This document shows positions 1-10,586 of a stretch of DNA of 64,000 bases, one piece after another. Below the pieces are notes generated by a model that was given only the letters and a program-made list of their open reading frames with translations, was not told the origin of the DNA and searched no databases. Position 1 is the first letter of the stretch, and each line of letters starts with the position of its first letter. The position numbers were made by a program, and so were the translations under genes. This DNA is from an uncultured Bacilli bacterium (lineage in GTDB: Bacteria > Bacillota_I > Bacilli_A > RFN20 > CAG-826), in NCBI GenBank assembly GCA_944368975.1, contig CALVXI010000002.1, positions 12,513 to 76,512 of the forward strand, given 5' to 3'.

Positions 1-651
1 GCAGAAGTTAAAGATAAACTAGATTCTTTATTAGGTGTAGGAAGAGAAAAAACAATGCAAGGTTATGCAAGCGCTGGATGGTTTTCAGGATCAACAGCCT
101 CTAATAGTTACATAAATTCTTATACTGAAGAAAAAGGAATTTCCTTAGACTACATCAAACAAACAGAGGACAAAAATAGCGCATTATTAACAAACTATGT
201 TACTTTTAGTGGTGATTTTAGCATAAGTTTTGATTATATTCCAAAAGAATATGGCCCTGATGGAGCAATGTTTATCGAAATAAGAAATATGGTTGAATTT
301 TGGGCAAGTGATTCCCCAATTATTGATTTAGGTGCTTGGTTTGATGGAGAAAGATATTTAGCCGATTCAACTAAAGATAAAGGCTGGCATAGTGATTATG
401 AAGGTTGGTCGTTTGATGAATTAGGAACTGATTTTACAAAAGGCGCTAAATATACTTTAGAAGCAAGATTTGATGAAATTGGTTATTGGATTTTCACATT
501 AAAAATTCAATCTTTAGAAGATTCTTCAAAAGTATTAACAAAAGATGTTGAAATATATGATATTACAAAAGACGCAAAATTATTTGCCCAATGGAATAAT
601 ATTAATATAACTGGTCAATATTCAAATATAACCTGGAGCTTAATTAAGTAA
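1..651 (+). CDS. Hypothetical protein, 5'-truncated by the window edge; aromatic, beta-rich C-terminus (possibly a carbohydrate-active or lectin-like domain)
   Basis: Frame is open from position 1 through ATG 55 to TAA 651; first gene of the sugar cluster. Confidence 0.55.
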   Translation, partial: AEVKDKLDSLLGVGREKTMQGYASAGWFSGSTASNSYINSYTEEKGISLDYIKQTEDKNSALLTNYVTFSGDFSISFDYIPKEYGPDGAMFIEIRNMVEFWASDSPIIDLGAWFDGERYLADSTKDKGWHSDYEGWSFDELGTDFTKGAKYTLEARFDEIGYWIFTLKIQSLEDSSKVLTKDVEIYDITKDAKLFAQWNNINITGQYSNITWSLIK

Positions 652-674
652 AAAAAGTGGAGTTTTGCAAGGTT

Positions 675-2510
675 ATGAAGAAAAAAATATTATATTTATC
701 ATTACTTTCTATTATAGGAACAACACTTATTGGATGTGATAACAATAATAATAAGACTGAATTTACTTTTACCTATAATGTTAATTATGAAGGTGGAGAA
801 AATAGAGTTGAAACTATAAAAAGAGGTAATAAAGCTCAAAATTGGGAGATTAGAAGAAGCGGATTTGAGTTTCTTGGTTGGTATGATAGTTCTAGCTTAG
901 ATAATTTATTTAATTTTGATACTCCAATTGAAAAAGATACAACTGTATATGCAGGTTGGAAAGAAGAAGTTATATCAGAAACGGTAACGGTTACATTTGA
1001 TTATAGTTTTAACGATGTAACTAATATTAGCAGAGTTTCTTTAACTAGTGGTGATACTTTATTAGAAGATTTTGCACCAGTTGTTGAAAGATTAGGCTAT
1101 GAAGTTGAAGGATGGTATTTAGATAATACGTACAAAAATAAGTTCAATTTTAGTGAAGATGTTGTTACTGAAGATATAACTTTATATGCTAATTATGAAT
1201 CAACTGCTAATTTTGAATATAATGAGGATGGATCAATTAAATTTGAAAATGTTACTTTTAATTTTGCTGTAAATAATGATTTAGGTGGATTAGAAAGTGC
1301 ATTTAATAAATTAGTTGTTCAATTTAACAAAGAGCATAGAGGAGAGATACTTGTTAGATTAGTTGACAATGATACGACTTCTAATAGTGAAATAACTGCT
1401 AAATTACATCAGACAGAAAGCTTTAATGAAACTCATACAGATTATCACAATATGGATGAAGTTTTAGATTTAGCTAATATCGAATTTAATAAAGAAGATT
1501 ATTACGAATATCAAATTCAAGATAATTATTTTGAAGGCAGATTAAAAACATTACCTTTAGGAAGCTGGGTACCACATATTGTATATAACAAAGCTTTATT
1601 AGATGAGTTTAATAATAGTGTTATCCCTTCTTCATTTGATGAATTTAATAGTCTTGCTAGAAAAATAACTGAAGCTAAAAAAACTGATTCAAATTGGTAT
1701 GGTGCAGTCACAGCTGACGCTGATTGGAATTTTACAGAAATTACAGGTAATTGTGCATATATTCAAAATGATTCACCTCATTATTATTTAAATAATGAGA
1801 ATGAACTTGTTTGTGATTGGAATAATATTGAAAACGGTGGACAAGAAAAAGCTCTTAATGCTTTAAAATCTCTATATACTTATTTTGGTGAAAATAAAAA
1901 TGATCTTCAAATTGGAAAGCGTGAAGGAACTTATGATGGAGAAGGAATGCCTGGTTTATCAGCGGTTGGAAGTGGCAATGCCTTATTTGGATTAGTTGGT
2001 ACGCCTGGAGCTAGAGATTATTACAAGTCTACTGCTGGAGTAAGTGATGCTAATTTAGATACAAAGCTTGGGATAATTCCATTAAGTAATTTCTTTGCTA
2101 TTGATAAAGATAATCCAAATGCAAGTAAGATTTTTGTTAAAGGATATTCTTATGGTGTAACTGCTAGTGGCCCTGAGGATTTATATAAAAAAGCAGCTGC
2201 TGGCGTATTCGGTGATTATTTAACGAAAAATCTTGCTCAAATTGCAGGGGAAATTTGGATGTATCCAGCAAATAAGACACAAATAGAAAATGCAACATTT
2301 AGAAATAGCGATGCCTTTAAATACTATTTACAATATTTTGGGAATCCTGAAAACTTCTTTACTTTACCAGGTACAAAAAATGAATACAGTATTTTTAACT
2401 ATACAATGGAAACATTGATTCTAAATTTATTTGTAAATGAAAATTATGATGAAGCGGCATTTAAAGAAATTTTAAATACTTCTTCAAGTAGTATTAACGC
2501 TTTATTGTAG
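675..2510 (+). CDS. Lipoprotein: two InlB B-repeat (Flg_new-like) domains fused to a sugar ABC solute-binding domain
   Basis: Lipobox LIGC after MKKK signal (ATG 675 preferred over GTG 657); two repeats of GFEFLGWY...FNFDTPIEKDTTVYAGW / GYEVEGWY...FNFSEDVVTEDITLYANY; SBP motif IVYNKALL...PSSFDEF. Confidence 0.8.
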   Translation: MKKKILYLSLLSIIGTTLIGCDNNNNKTEFTFTYNVNYEGGENRVETIKRGNKAQNWEIRRSGFEFLGWYDSSSLDNLFNFDTPIEKDTTVYAGWKEEVISETVTVTFDYSFNDVTNISRVSLTSGDTLLEDFAPVVERLGYEVEGWYLDNTYKNKFNFSEDVVTEDITLYANYESTANFEYNEDGSIKFENVTFNFAVNNDLGGLESAFNKLVVQFNKEHRGEILVRLVDNDTTSNSEITAKLHQTESFNETHTDYHNMDEVLDLANIEFNKEDYYEYQIQDNYFEGRLKTLPLGSWVPHIVYNKALLDEFNNSVIPSSFDEFNSLARKITEAKKTDSNWYGAVTADADWNFTEITGNCAYIQNDSPHYYLNNENELVCDWNNIENGGQEKALNALKSLYTYFGENKNDLQIGKREGTYDGEGMPGLSAVGSGNALFGLVGTPGARDYYKSTAGVSDANLDTKLGIIPLSNFFAIDKDNPNASKIFVKGYSYGVTASGPEDLYKKAAAGVFGDYLTKNLAQIAGEIWMYPANKTQIENATFRNSDAFKYYLQYFGNPENFFTLPGTKNEYSIFNYTMETLILNLFVNENYDEAAFKEILNTSSSSINALL

Positions 2511-2517
2511 GATTATT

Positions 2518-4485
2518 ATGAAAATTAAAAATTGTTTATTATTATCATTAGGTCTTTTATCAATAGGTTTAGTTTCTTGTGGACCAAAAGAAAGCGATAA
2601 TCCAGTTAAGGAAACTAATAAATGGAGTATTTCGTCACCTGATAATAAAGTTAATATCGAAGTAAATTTAAATAACGATGGCGAAATTCATTATAGTGTT
2701 AAGAAAAATAATACAGCTATTGTCGAAGATTCTAAATTAGGTATTGATAGTGATGTAGCTAATCTTCATAGTGGACTTACTTTTGTAGAGAAAAAAGAAA
2801 GTACATTAAACTTTGAATATGAGGCCATTAGTGGAAAGGAATCCTTGGTTAAAAGTAGTTCAAATGAATTACGTTTAACATTCAGAGAATACTATTATTA
2901 TATCGATGTGGTTTTTAGAGCATATAGTGATGGCTATGCGTTTAGATATGAAATTTATAAAAATGATGATAGCAATGAAGAAATCATAATATTAGATGAA
3001 TTAACTGAATTTAATTTGCCTGATAAATCTGCAACTTATGCAATGCCTTATGTGTCTAGTACTTCCAATGGAGACACATTTAGTTACGAGGATTATTATA
3101 ACTATCGTAGAAGCGATCGTTTACAAGATTTAAAAATATCAATGCCATTTTTATATGAAGCTGGGAATGATATGTATAGCTTAATCACTGAAAGTGAATT
3201 AATAGGCAGTAATTATATTGGCTCATTTTTAGAAAGCGATGAGAATGGAACATTAAAAACGATTCCTGCACCAGCTGGAGGTAGTGATACTACTTATAAT
3301 GTGCCATTACCTTTTAAATCACCATGGAGAATAGGTATTTCAGGTTCATTAAAGGAAATAGTTGAGTCAAATTTAGTAGAAGAGGTCTATGGTGATGTTG
3401 AATATTGGAAGCCTGATAATTATGATGAATTAACTAAAGAAGAGCAGGAAATCTATAATTATGATTGGGTTACACCTGGAGTTAGTGCATGGAGCTGGTT
3501 AGTTTATAATGGCGTAAGAGGTCAAAACGATTGGGACTTACAATATGAATATGTAGATTTAGCAAGTGAAATGGGTTGGAAACGGACAATTTTAGATGGT
3601 GGTTGGGATACTGCATTAAATCCTTCAACCTTAACTGAATTTGTTAATTATGCTAATTCTAAAGGTGTAAAAGTAATGGTTTGGTGTCATGCTTTAAATA
3701 AATTTGATACATACGAAAAAAGAGTAAGTCAACTTGATCAATATGCTCGTTTTGGAATTGAAGGTATTAAAGTAGATTTCTTTGATGGACAAGAAAAAAC
3801 AACAAACGCAACTTTCCAAATGGAAGATCAAGAAACTCTTGAATTGTATGAGAGTTTATATCAATTATGTGCTGAAAGGAAAATGGTTGTTAATTGCCAT
3901 GGTTCTAATAAACCAACAGGAGAAAGAAGGATTTATCCTAATGTTATAAATAGAGAAGCTATAAGAGGTAATGAATTTAAAACAATTAATACATCGCAAA
4001 CTACTTTATTACCTTTTATTCGTGGAGTAGTTGGTCCTAGTGACTTTACACCTGTGTCTAAGCCTTTAAGAAGTGGAATAACAATGGGTCAACAAATAGC
4101 TTTATGTATATTACTTGAAAGCGGAAGTCCTTCAATGGCTGATTATAGTGAAAATTATCTAAACCAACCTACAACTGAATTTTACAAAAATTTACCTGCT
4201 TCTTGGGATGAAACTTTATTTATTGGCGGAGATTTGGAGAGCCATTGCGTTATAGCTAGAAGAAAAGGAAGTGAATGGTGGTTGGGTGGTAATACCATTG
4301 ATGAAATGGATATTAATATTAATTTTGATTTCTTAGGCGAAGGAAAATTTAAAGCTTATATTTATGAAGACGGTGAAGATGCTTCTTCAGTAAATGTAAA
4401 AGAAACTGAGATTACTAAAGAATCTAATATAGATATTAAAATGAAAGAAAATGGTGGCTTTGCCATAAGAATTGTGAGGGAATAA
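2518..4485 (+). CDS. Glycoside hydrolase family 97 lipoprotein (retaining-type; alpha-galactosidase/alpha-glucosidase-like)
   Basis: ISSPD N-terminus, FRAYSDGYAFRY, LPFKSPWR, YVDLASEMGW, GIKVDFF, HGSNKPTG, EAIRGNE, WDET, IARRKGSEWWLGG; lipobox LVSC. Confidence 0.9.
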   Translation: MKIKNCLLLSLGLLSIGLVSCGPKESDNPVKETNKWSISSPDNKVNIEVNLNNDGEIHYSVKKNNTAIVEDSKLGIDSDVANLHSGLTFVEKKESTLNFEYEAISGKESLVKSSSNELRLTFREYYYYIDVVFRAYSDGYAFRYEIYKNDDSNEEIIILDELTEFNLPDKSATYAMPYVSSTSNGDTFSYEDYYNYRRSDRLQDLKISMPFLYEAGNDMYSLITESELIGSNYIGSFLESDENGTLKTIPAPAGGSDTTYNVPLPFKSPWRIGISGSLKEIVESNLVEEVYGDVEYWKPDNYDELTKEEQEIYNYDWVTPGVSAWSWLVYNGVRGQNDWDLQYEYVDLASEMGWKRTILDGGWDTALNPSTLTEFVNYANSKGVKVMVWCHALNKFDTYEKRVSQLDQYARFGIEGIKVDFFDGQEKTTNATFQMEDQETLELYESLYQLCAERKMVVNCHGSNKPTGERRIYPNVINREAIRGNEFKTINTSQTTLLPFIRGVVGPSDFTPVSKPLRSGITMGQQIALCILLESGSPSMADYSENYLNQPTTEFYKNLPASWDETLFIGGDLESHCVIARRKGSEWWLGGNTIDEMDININFDFLGEGKFKAYIYEDGEDASSVNVKETEITKESNIDIKMKENGGFAIRIVRE

Positions 4486-4488
4486 AAT

Positions 4489-5970
4489 ATGAAAAAGAGA
4501 ACTATTTTAATATGTGGGTTATTAGCACTTACTTTAGCAAGTTGCGATACTAACCCATATGATGATCCTATTGGTGGTGGAGGAGGAAACAATGGATCAA
4601 TTACTGATCCTTGGTGGACTACTGAAGGAGAATTAGCTTTTGATGGAGACGGAAATGTAGTTTTAGATGAAGTTGATATTCATATTACTACCGTTGTTAA
4701 TGGTGATGATTATGCTAAGTTTCAAGACATTGTTAGCGATTTTAATAGAGAATATCGTGGGCAAATTAATGTAACAACTGATACAGTTAACCAAGTTGGT
4801 TTTGAACAAGCAGTTGCTAATAGAATAAATCAAAATTCAAACGCTCCAGATTTAATTATGTCTCATCAAAAAGGACATAAATCGTTCGCAAATAGCAAAC
4901 TTATTCAACCTTTTAATGAGATTTTTGATGAGTTGAATATTGACTTTAGTTATGATAATTTTGCGTCCAATATTTCAAGTTATGCTAATTTAGATTATGA
5001 AGATTATTACTTTGATGTTCCAATTGATGCTCAAAGTATGGTTATTTATTATAATAAAGATATTTTGAAAAAGTATTCGGAAGATGGAAGCTTACCAACA
5101 AATAGAGAAGAATTCTTTGCTTTATGTAGAGAAGCTCAAGAAGGAGAAAGAAAAACAAATAAAAGTTTTAATGCAGTAGCATTAAATACAGAAGAAGAAT
5201 TTTTCTTCTGGTACATTTGGGGCACAGCTTTAGCACAAAATGGAGCTACATTCTATAATCCTGAAACTTATAAAGTTGAATGGACCGAACCTAATAATTT
5301 ACAAGCTTTCAAAAATGCATTAAATAGCATTAGAGAATTTTTCTATAGTGACGAACCAATTAGTATTTATGGTCAAAATTTAGATTCAACTAATAATGCA
5401 TTTTTTAATGATAATGCCTTATTTTTATTCAGTTTACCTTGGAGCGCTGATACTATTTTCTTGGGTTATGGTCAAAATCATTCAGGGTTAAGTGAAAGCC
5501 AAATTAAAGAAGAAAAAATTGGGGCATTTAATACTTCAAGAATGTTTGCTTTAGATCAAAGCAGCCCTAATGCTACAAAAATTTATGGTGATAGTCACGC
5601 ATTTGCCTTAAGTAAAACAGTTACTGATATTAATAAAAAAGCTGCATGTGCAATATTTGTAAATTATTTTACAAATAATGTAGATGTTGGTATCGATTGG
5701 GCTGAAGCCGGACATATTAGTGTTTCAAATGCGATAAGTAGCAATAAAGAATATCAAGATTCTTTCTTTGTTGATAACTACATTAATAATTTTTATCCAA
5801 ACATTAACGATTTTGTAACAGCAGGCAACACACCATATTTTGATGTCACATTTGATGATGGAGTCTATGCCATTGCTAATACTTTATTGCGAGAAGAAAC
5901 CGATAGAAAAGATGCAAGTACAATCGCATCAATTCAAACTGATGTTAACGATTTAATCGATATGTTATAA
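4489..5970 (+). CDS. Sugar ABC transporter solute-binding lipoprotein
   Basis: Lipobox LASC; APDLIM, VPIDAQSMVIYYNKDIL, PTNREEF; upstream of permeases. Confidence 0.88.
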   Translation: MKKRTILICGLLALTLASCDTNPYDDPIGGGGGNNGSITDPWWTTEGELAFDGDGNVVLDEVDIHITTVVNGDDYAKFQDIVSDFNREYRGQINVTTDTVNQVGFEQAVANRINQNSNAPDLIMSHQKGHKSFANSKLIQPFNEIFDELNIDFSYDNFASNISSYANLDYEDYYFDVPIDAQSMVIYYNKDILKKYSEDGSLPTNREEFFALCREAQEGERKTNKSFNAVALNTEEEFFFWYIWGTALAQNGATFYNPETYKVEWTEPNNLQAFKNALNSIREFFYSDEPISIYGQNLDSTNNAFFNDNALFLFSLPWSADTIFLGYGQNHSGLSESQIKEEKIGAFNTSRMFALDQSSPNATKIYGDSHAFALSKTVTDINKKAACAIFVNYFTNNVDVGIDWAEAGHISVSNAISSNKEYQDSFFVDNYINNFYPNINDFVTAGNTPYFDVTFDDGVYAIANTLLREETDRKDASTIASIQTDVNDLIDML

Positions 5971-5974
5971 ATAT

Positions 5975-6943
5975 ATGAGTGAAGCAGTAATTAATAGAAA
6001 AAAAGATAGAAGAAAAGAAATACTAAAAAGATATGGCCTAGCAATTGGATTTGTTAGTCCTTTCGTTTTGGTATTTATTATTTTTACTGTTATACCTCTA
6101 ATAATGGGGTTTGTCATATCTTTATGTAAATATAACCCATATGACTTAGAAAGTACCACATTTATTGGATTTAGTAATTATTTAATGCTATTTGGAAATA
6201 ACGTTTTAGCTAGAACATTTTGGCAGGCATTAGGAAAAACTTTAATTTTTGATGTTGTTGCAGTGCCATGCTTAATCATTATTCCTTTAGGCTTAGCATA
6301 TTTAATAAATATGAAACCCCCAGGTTACAAAATTTTTAGAGCTATCATTTATCTACCTAGTGTTATATCAATTACAATTGTCGGTGTTTTATTTGGTGCT
6401 ATTTTCTCGGATAGTGAATTAGGATTAATTAATGCATGGTTTTCAAGTGAAAATCCAATTCCCTTTTTAAGTGATCCAGTCTTAAGATGGACTGTTATAT
6501 TGCTTGCTTCTATCTGGTGGCAAACTGGTACTAATTTTATTATTTTGTCTGCTGCTTTAAGAAATGTTCCAAAATCATTATATGAAGCTTGCGAAATGGA
6601 TGGTGGTAGTAGGTTAGAATTATTTATTCATGTGACATTACCAAATATTAAAGGAAGCCTAGGAATAGTATTGTTTAATACATTAATTGGATATTTAAAC
6701 TTATATGGTCAACCAACAGTATTAAATAGTGCAATAAACAGAAATAACATTGAGTCACCAATGATGTTGATACAACAATGGCTAAATAGTTTCGAACGAA
6801 GTAGTTTAACTGGCTTAATTAGTGCTACAGCAATTTTCTTTGGGTTAATAGTTATGCTTTTCACATTTATTGAAAGGTATTTAATGAAGGATCGTAAAGG
6901 AGGGTCAAAGTATGAAATCCAATACAAAGCATACGAAGCTTAG
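5975..6943 (+). CDS. Carbohydrate ABC transporter permease (MalF/UgpA-like)
   Basis: Six TM segments; FIGFSNY; EAA motif LYEACEMDGGS. Confidence 0.92.
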   Translation: MSEAVINRKKDRRKEILKRYGLAIGFVSPFVLVFIIFTVIPLIMGFVISLCKYNPYDLESTTFIGFSNYLMLFGNNVLARTFWQALGKTLIFDVVAVPCLIIIPLGLAYLINMKPPGYKIFRAIIYLPSVISITIVGVLFGAIFSDSELGLINAWFSSENPIPFLSDPVLRWTVILLASIWWQTGTNFIILSAALRNVPKSLYEACEMDGGSRLELFIHVTLPNIKGSLGIVLFNTLIGYLNLYGQPTVLNSAINRNNIESPMMLIQQWLNSFERSSLTGLISATAIFFGLIVMLFTFIERYLMKDRKGGSKYEIQYKAYEA

Positions 6944-7832
6944 TAAAAGCGAAAAGCAAAGATTAAAAGAAAAGACCATTTCCTTTATTTTATTATTGAT
7001 AATTTGTATCATTTGGGTTTTTCCATTCCTTTATATGTTCGGAATGAGTTTAAAAACTGATGTTGATATTGGCACTAATCCGACAAGCATCTTTCCTAGT
7101 GCTGGTAATTGGACTTTAGAACATTATTTGGGCTTTATTTCAATGAAAGGTGATCGTATTGATGATTTACCTATTTGGATGATTAATTCTATTGTTGTAA
7201 CATTCCTAAGTGTTCTATTTACATTAATTGTCGATACTTTAGCTAGTTATGCTTTTGTTTTCTTTAAATTTAAAGGAAAAAATACAATTTTTGCTATTTT
7301 ACTTTTATCAATGACAATTCCAACAGCCATTTCTATGACACCTATGTTTACAATGTATGCTTCTGTTGGACAAGCTATTGAAGGGCTAGCAAATAATAGA
7401 GCTTATGTAATGATGTGGTTAATTTTACCAGGGGTAGCCAATGTATTTAATTTGTATTTAATGAAAAATTTCTTTGATTCTATTCCAAAAGATATTGTCG
7501 AGAGTGCTCGAAGTGATGGAGCAAGTGATTTTAAGATTTTTTATAAAATAGTTTTACCATTAGCTAAATCTACTTTGATGCTTGTAAGTTTATTTGCTTT
7601 TGTTAGTAGCTGGAATGATTTATTGTGGCCTCAATTAATTTTGTCTGGCAAAGACTCAACCTTTCAAACAATTACTGTAGCTCTTACAGGCTATGCTAGT
7701 GGTGATAGTTGGGAATATAAAGGAATAGCGATGGCAACCTCTGTATTTGCATTGATTCCTATTTTAATAGTATTTATTATTACACAAAATAAAATGATTG
7801 ATGGTTTAGCCACAACCGGAGTTAAGAGGTAG
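6912..7832 (+). CDS. Carbohydrate ABC transporter permease (MalG/UgpE-like)
   Basis: IPKDIVESARSDGAS EAA motif; WNDLLWP. Confidence 0.92.
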   Translation: MKSNTKHTKLSKSEKQRLKEKTISFILLLIICIIWVFPFLYMFGMSLKTDVDIGTNPTSIFPSAGNWTLEHYLGFISMKGDRIDDLPIWMINSIVVTFLSVLFTLIVDTLASYAFVFFKFKGKNTIFAILLLSMTIPTAISMTPMFTMYASVGQAIEGLANNRAYVMMWLILPGVANVFNLYLMKNFFDSIPKDIVESARSDGASDFKIFYKIVLPLAKSTLMLVSLFAFVSSWNDLLWPQLILSGKDSTFQTITVALTGYASGDSWEYKGIAMATSVFALIPILIVFIITQNKMIDGLATTGVKR

Positions 7833-7835
7833 ATT

Positions 7836-9605
7836 ATGGAAATTAATTTTAATGAACAATTAAATGAATATAATGAATTTGATGAAAAAAGAATTAAAAA
7901 TAGTTTTGTATCAATTCAAGATCTTGAAAAAATTTATCCTAATGGGGTAAAAGCAGTTTATGATTTTAATTTAGATATTAAACATAATGAATTTATTGTT
8001 ATTGTTGGACCTAGTGGATGTGGAAAAACTACAACTTTAAGAATGATTGCTGGCCTTGAAGATATTAGTTCAGGTGGCGTTTTTGTAGACGAAGAATTGA
8101 TAAATTATAAACCTAGCAAAGATAGAAAAATGGCAATGGTTTTTCAAAGTTATGCATTATACCCTCAAATGAATGTCTTTGATAACATTGCCTTTCCTTT
8201 AAAAATTAATAAATTTCCAAAGGTTAAAATTGATGAGATTTTAAAATATAATAATGAGATTTTAGAGTTATTTAAAAATTCTGAAATTAGTAAAATTATT
8301 CAAGTTTTGCAGGAAATTCAAAATAAAAAGGCATTAAAATTGTCTCAAAATGAGCATTTAATGATGAGACTTAAAATTAGCGAAGGCGCAAGTAATGTTC
8401 TTTTAGAAATGAACATTAAAGACTTTAATAATTTTAATAATGAAGTAGAAGCATTTAAAAATAAACTATCTAACGAAATATTAAATGAGAAAAAATATTT
8501 AGAAAATAATAATTTAAAAGTTAATGAACAGTATGAGTTTATCGAAAATGGAGAAAAGGTTATAGTCTATGATAAACTTACAAAAAATGAAATTAAGCAA
8601 AAAGTATTTGAAGCGGCAAAAATATTAGATTTAGGGCCATACTTAGATAGGCTACCTAAAGAGCTTAGCGGTGGACAAATGCAAAGAGTTGCTTTAGGAA
8701 GAGCGATAGTTAAAAATGTCCCAATTTTCTTAATGGACGAACCTTTATCTAACTTAGATGCTAAATTGCGTTTATCAATGAGAAGCGAAATTGTAAAATT
8801 GCATAATAAAATTAAAGCTACAACGATTTATGTTACTCATGATCAAACTGAAGCAATGACTATGGCAGATAGAATTGTTGTTATGAGTAAAGGTTTTATT
8901 CAACAAATTGGTAGTCCTGAAGAGGTTTATAACCATCCTAAGAATTTGTTTGTTGCAAAGTTTATTGGTTCGCCTTCAATTAATGTAATAGAAGCTGAAT
9001 ATGATAACGGTAACATTTTTGCAACTAATGAAATTAATTTTAAACTAAATGAGAAATTTATAAGTGAACATAATGAATTTTATGATAATAAGATAAAAAT
9101 ATTTGAAGAAAAACTTGAAAATTTTAATACTGAATCTATTGAATTTATTAGAAAAATTCTTTCTTGTGTGATTAATGAGACAAATGTTATGAATTTTCCA
9201 ACTAAGAAACATAAACATTTTAAACGGATAAGAAATCTAATTAATAGAAATAAAAGTGTTGAAGTTGGCATTGAAGAAAAAATAGAAGCTAATCGATTAT
9301 TAGAAAGTTTAAAAGATGCAAGAAATAATGCTCATAAAGTTTATTTAGGTATAAGACCTGAGAATGTAAAGGTTGAAAAATTTAATCAAAATAAAGAATA
9401 CAATAATGCCATTATTGTTAAGCCAACAGTTTGTGAACTTTTAGGCGCTGATTATTTAATACATTTTGATTATGAAGGAAATGATTTCGTTCTTAAAACC
9501 GATCCAAAGTGTGATATTAAAACAAGCGATTTAATTGTTATAAATTTCTCTTACGAGGATATGTTGATTTTTGATTCAATAACTGGTGATATTATTTATG
9601 AATAA
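7836..9605 (+). CDS. Sugar ABC transporter ATP-binding protein (MalK/MsmX family) with large insertions
   Basis: GPSGCGKTT, VFQSYALYP, LSGGQMQRVALGRA, DEPLSNLDAKLR, YVTHDQ, LGIRPE. Confidence 0.92.
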   Translation: MEINFNEQLNEYNEFDEKRIKNSFVSIQDLEKIYPNGVKAVYDFNLDIKHNEFIVIVGPSGCGKTTTLRMIAGLEDISSGGVFVDEELINYKPSKDRKMAMVFQSYALYPQMNVFDNIAFPLKINKFPKVKIDEILKYNNEILELFKNSEISKIIQVLQEIQNKKALKLSQNEHLMMRLKISEGASNVLLEMNIKDFNNFNNEVEAFKNKLSNEILNEKKYLENNNLKVNEQYEFIENGEKVIVYDKLTKNEIKQKVFEAAKILDLGPYLDRLPKELSGGQMQRVALGRAIVKNVPIFLMDEPLSNLDAKLRLSMRSEIVKLHNKIKATTIYVTHDQTEAMTMADRIVVMSKGFIQQIGSPEEVYNHPKNLFVAKFIGSPSINVIEAEYDNGNIFATNEINFKLNEKFISEHNEFYDNKIKIFEEKLENFNTESIEFIRKILSCVINETNVMNFPTKKHKHFKRIRNLINRNKSVEVGIEEKIEANRLLESLKDARNNAHKVYLGIRPENVKVEKFNQNKEYNNAIIVKPTVCELLGADYLIHFDYEGNDFVLKTDPKCDIKTSDLIVINFSYEDMLIFDSITGDIIYE

Positions 9606-10584
9606 AAAAGAAGTATCTTTAAAACTTATTGCAAATAATCTTAATCTATCGATTAATACTGTTTCACATGCTTTAAGAGATTTAAACGATATTTCTAGTG
9701 AGACTAAAGAAAAAGTTATTAAAAAAGCAAATGAGCTTGGATATGTTATGAAGAGAAGAAAAAGCGCTAAAAAGAAAAAAAGAGTGGCCTTTTTAATTAA
9801 TAGTTTCTCTAATCTCTATTACAATATAATCTCAAATGAATTATCTAAGATGTTTAGTGCTTCAGAAAATTTTGAGTTTTTTATAATTTATAATGATTTA
9901 CAGTTTATAGTCGAAGAAGATCTTGATGAATTATTTAGATATAATCCAAACTTAATTATTTCTCATATTGAATTAAGCTATGAAGCTATCAATAAGTTAA
10001 AAAGAGAAAACATTAATGTAGTTCTATTAGGTAATTTTCAAAAAATATTTGATCTAGATACGATATGCGTAGATGAAAATGCAGGAAGTGAAATGGCTGC
10101 TAGATATTTAGCTAAATTTCATCAAACTAAGAAATTTTTGTTTGTTGGAGAAAAAGATTACTATTTAAGTGAAGTAAGACTTAATATTTTTAAACAAACA
10201 ATCAAAAATATTAGTGGGAATGGAATCGTTAATACTTTTTATTACGATGGAGAAAATGTAACAGATTTTTATAAATTAATTAAAGAAGGCTATCGTAGTG
10301 TATTCTTTTTTAATGATCAATTAGCTTATACAGTGCTTGCTGATACTAATAAAATTTATTTAAATATTAGAAAACTATTCCCTGATTTGCATTTAATTGG
10401 CTTTGATTGTTTATCAAGCAAAATTAAAGGATTAATTGATATTACATCTATTCAAATAAGTTATGATGAATTAATAAGAGAACTTTACAATATAATTGAA
10501 AATAGATTTAATAACCCAAATGGTAACTATATACATAAAGTGTTGCCAATAACATTACATCAAAGAAGAGTGATAAAGGAGTAA
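9598..10584 (+). CDS. LacI family transcriptional regulator
   Basis: HTH VSLKLIANNLNLSINTVSHAL...ISSETKEKVIKKANELGY; periplasmic-binding-fold motifs FFFND, LIGFD. Confidence 0.9.
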   Translation: MNKKEVSLKLIANNLNLSINTVSHALRDLNDISSETKEKVIKKANELGYVMKRRKSAKKKKRVAFLINSFSNLYYNIISNELSKMFSASENFEFFIIYNDLQFIVEEDLDELFRYNPNLIISHIELSYEAINKLKRENINVVLLGNFQKIFDLDTICVDENAGSEMAARYLAKFHQTKKFLFVGEKDYYLSEVRLNIFKQTIKNISGNGIVNTFYYDGENVTDFYKLIKEGYRSVFFFNDQLAYTVLADTNKIYLNIRKLFPDLHLIGFDCLSSKIKGLIDITSIQISYDELIRELYNIIENRFNNPNGNYIHKVLPITLHQRRVIKE

Positions 10585-10586
10585 TT

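Noticed and set aside
1526-9271. Short minus-strand ORFs at 1526, 4362, 5965, 6709 and 9080
   Set aside because: Antisense shadows of well-supported genes
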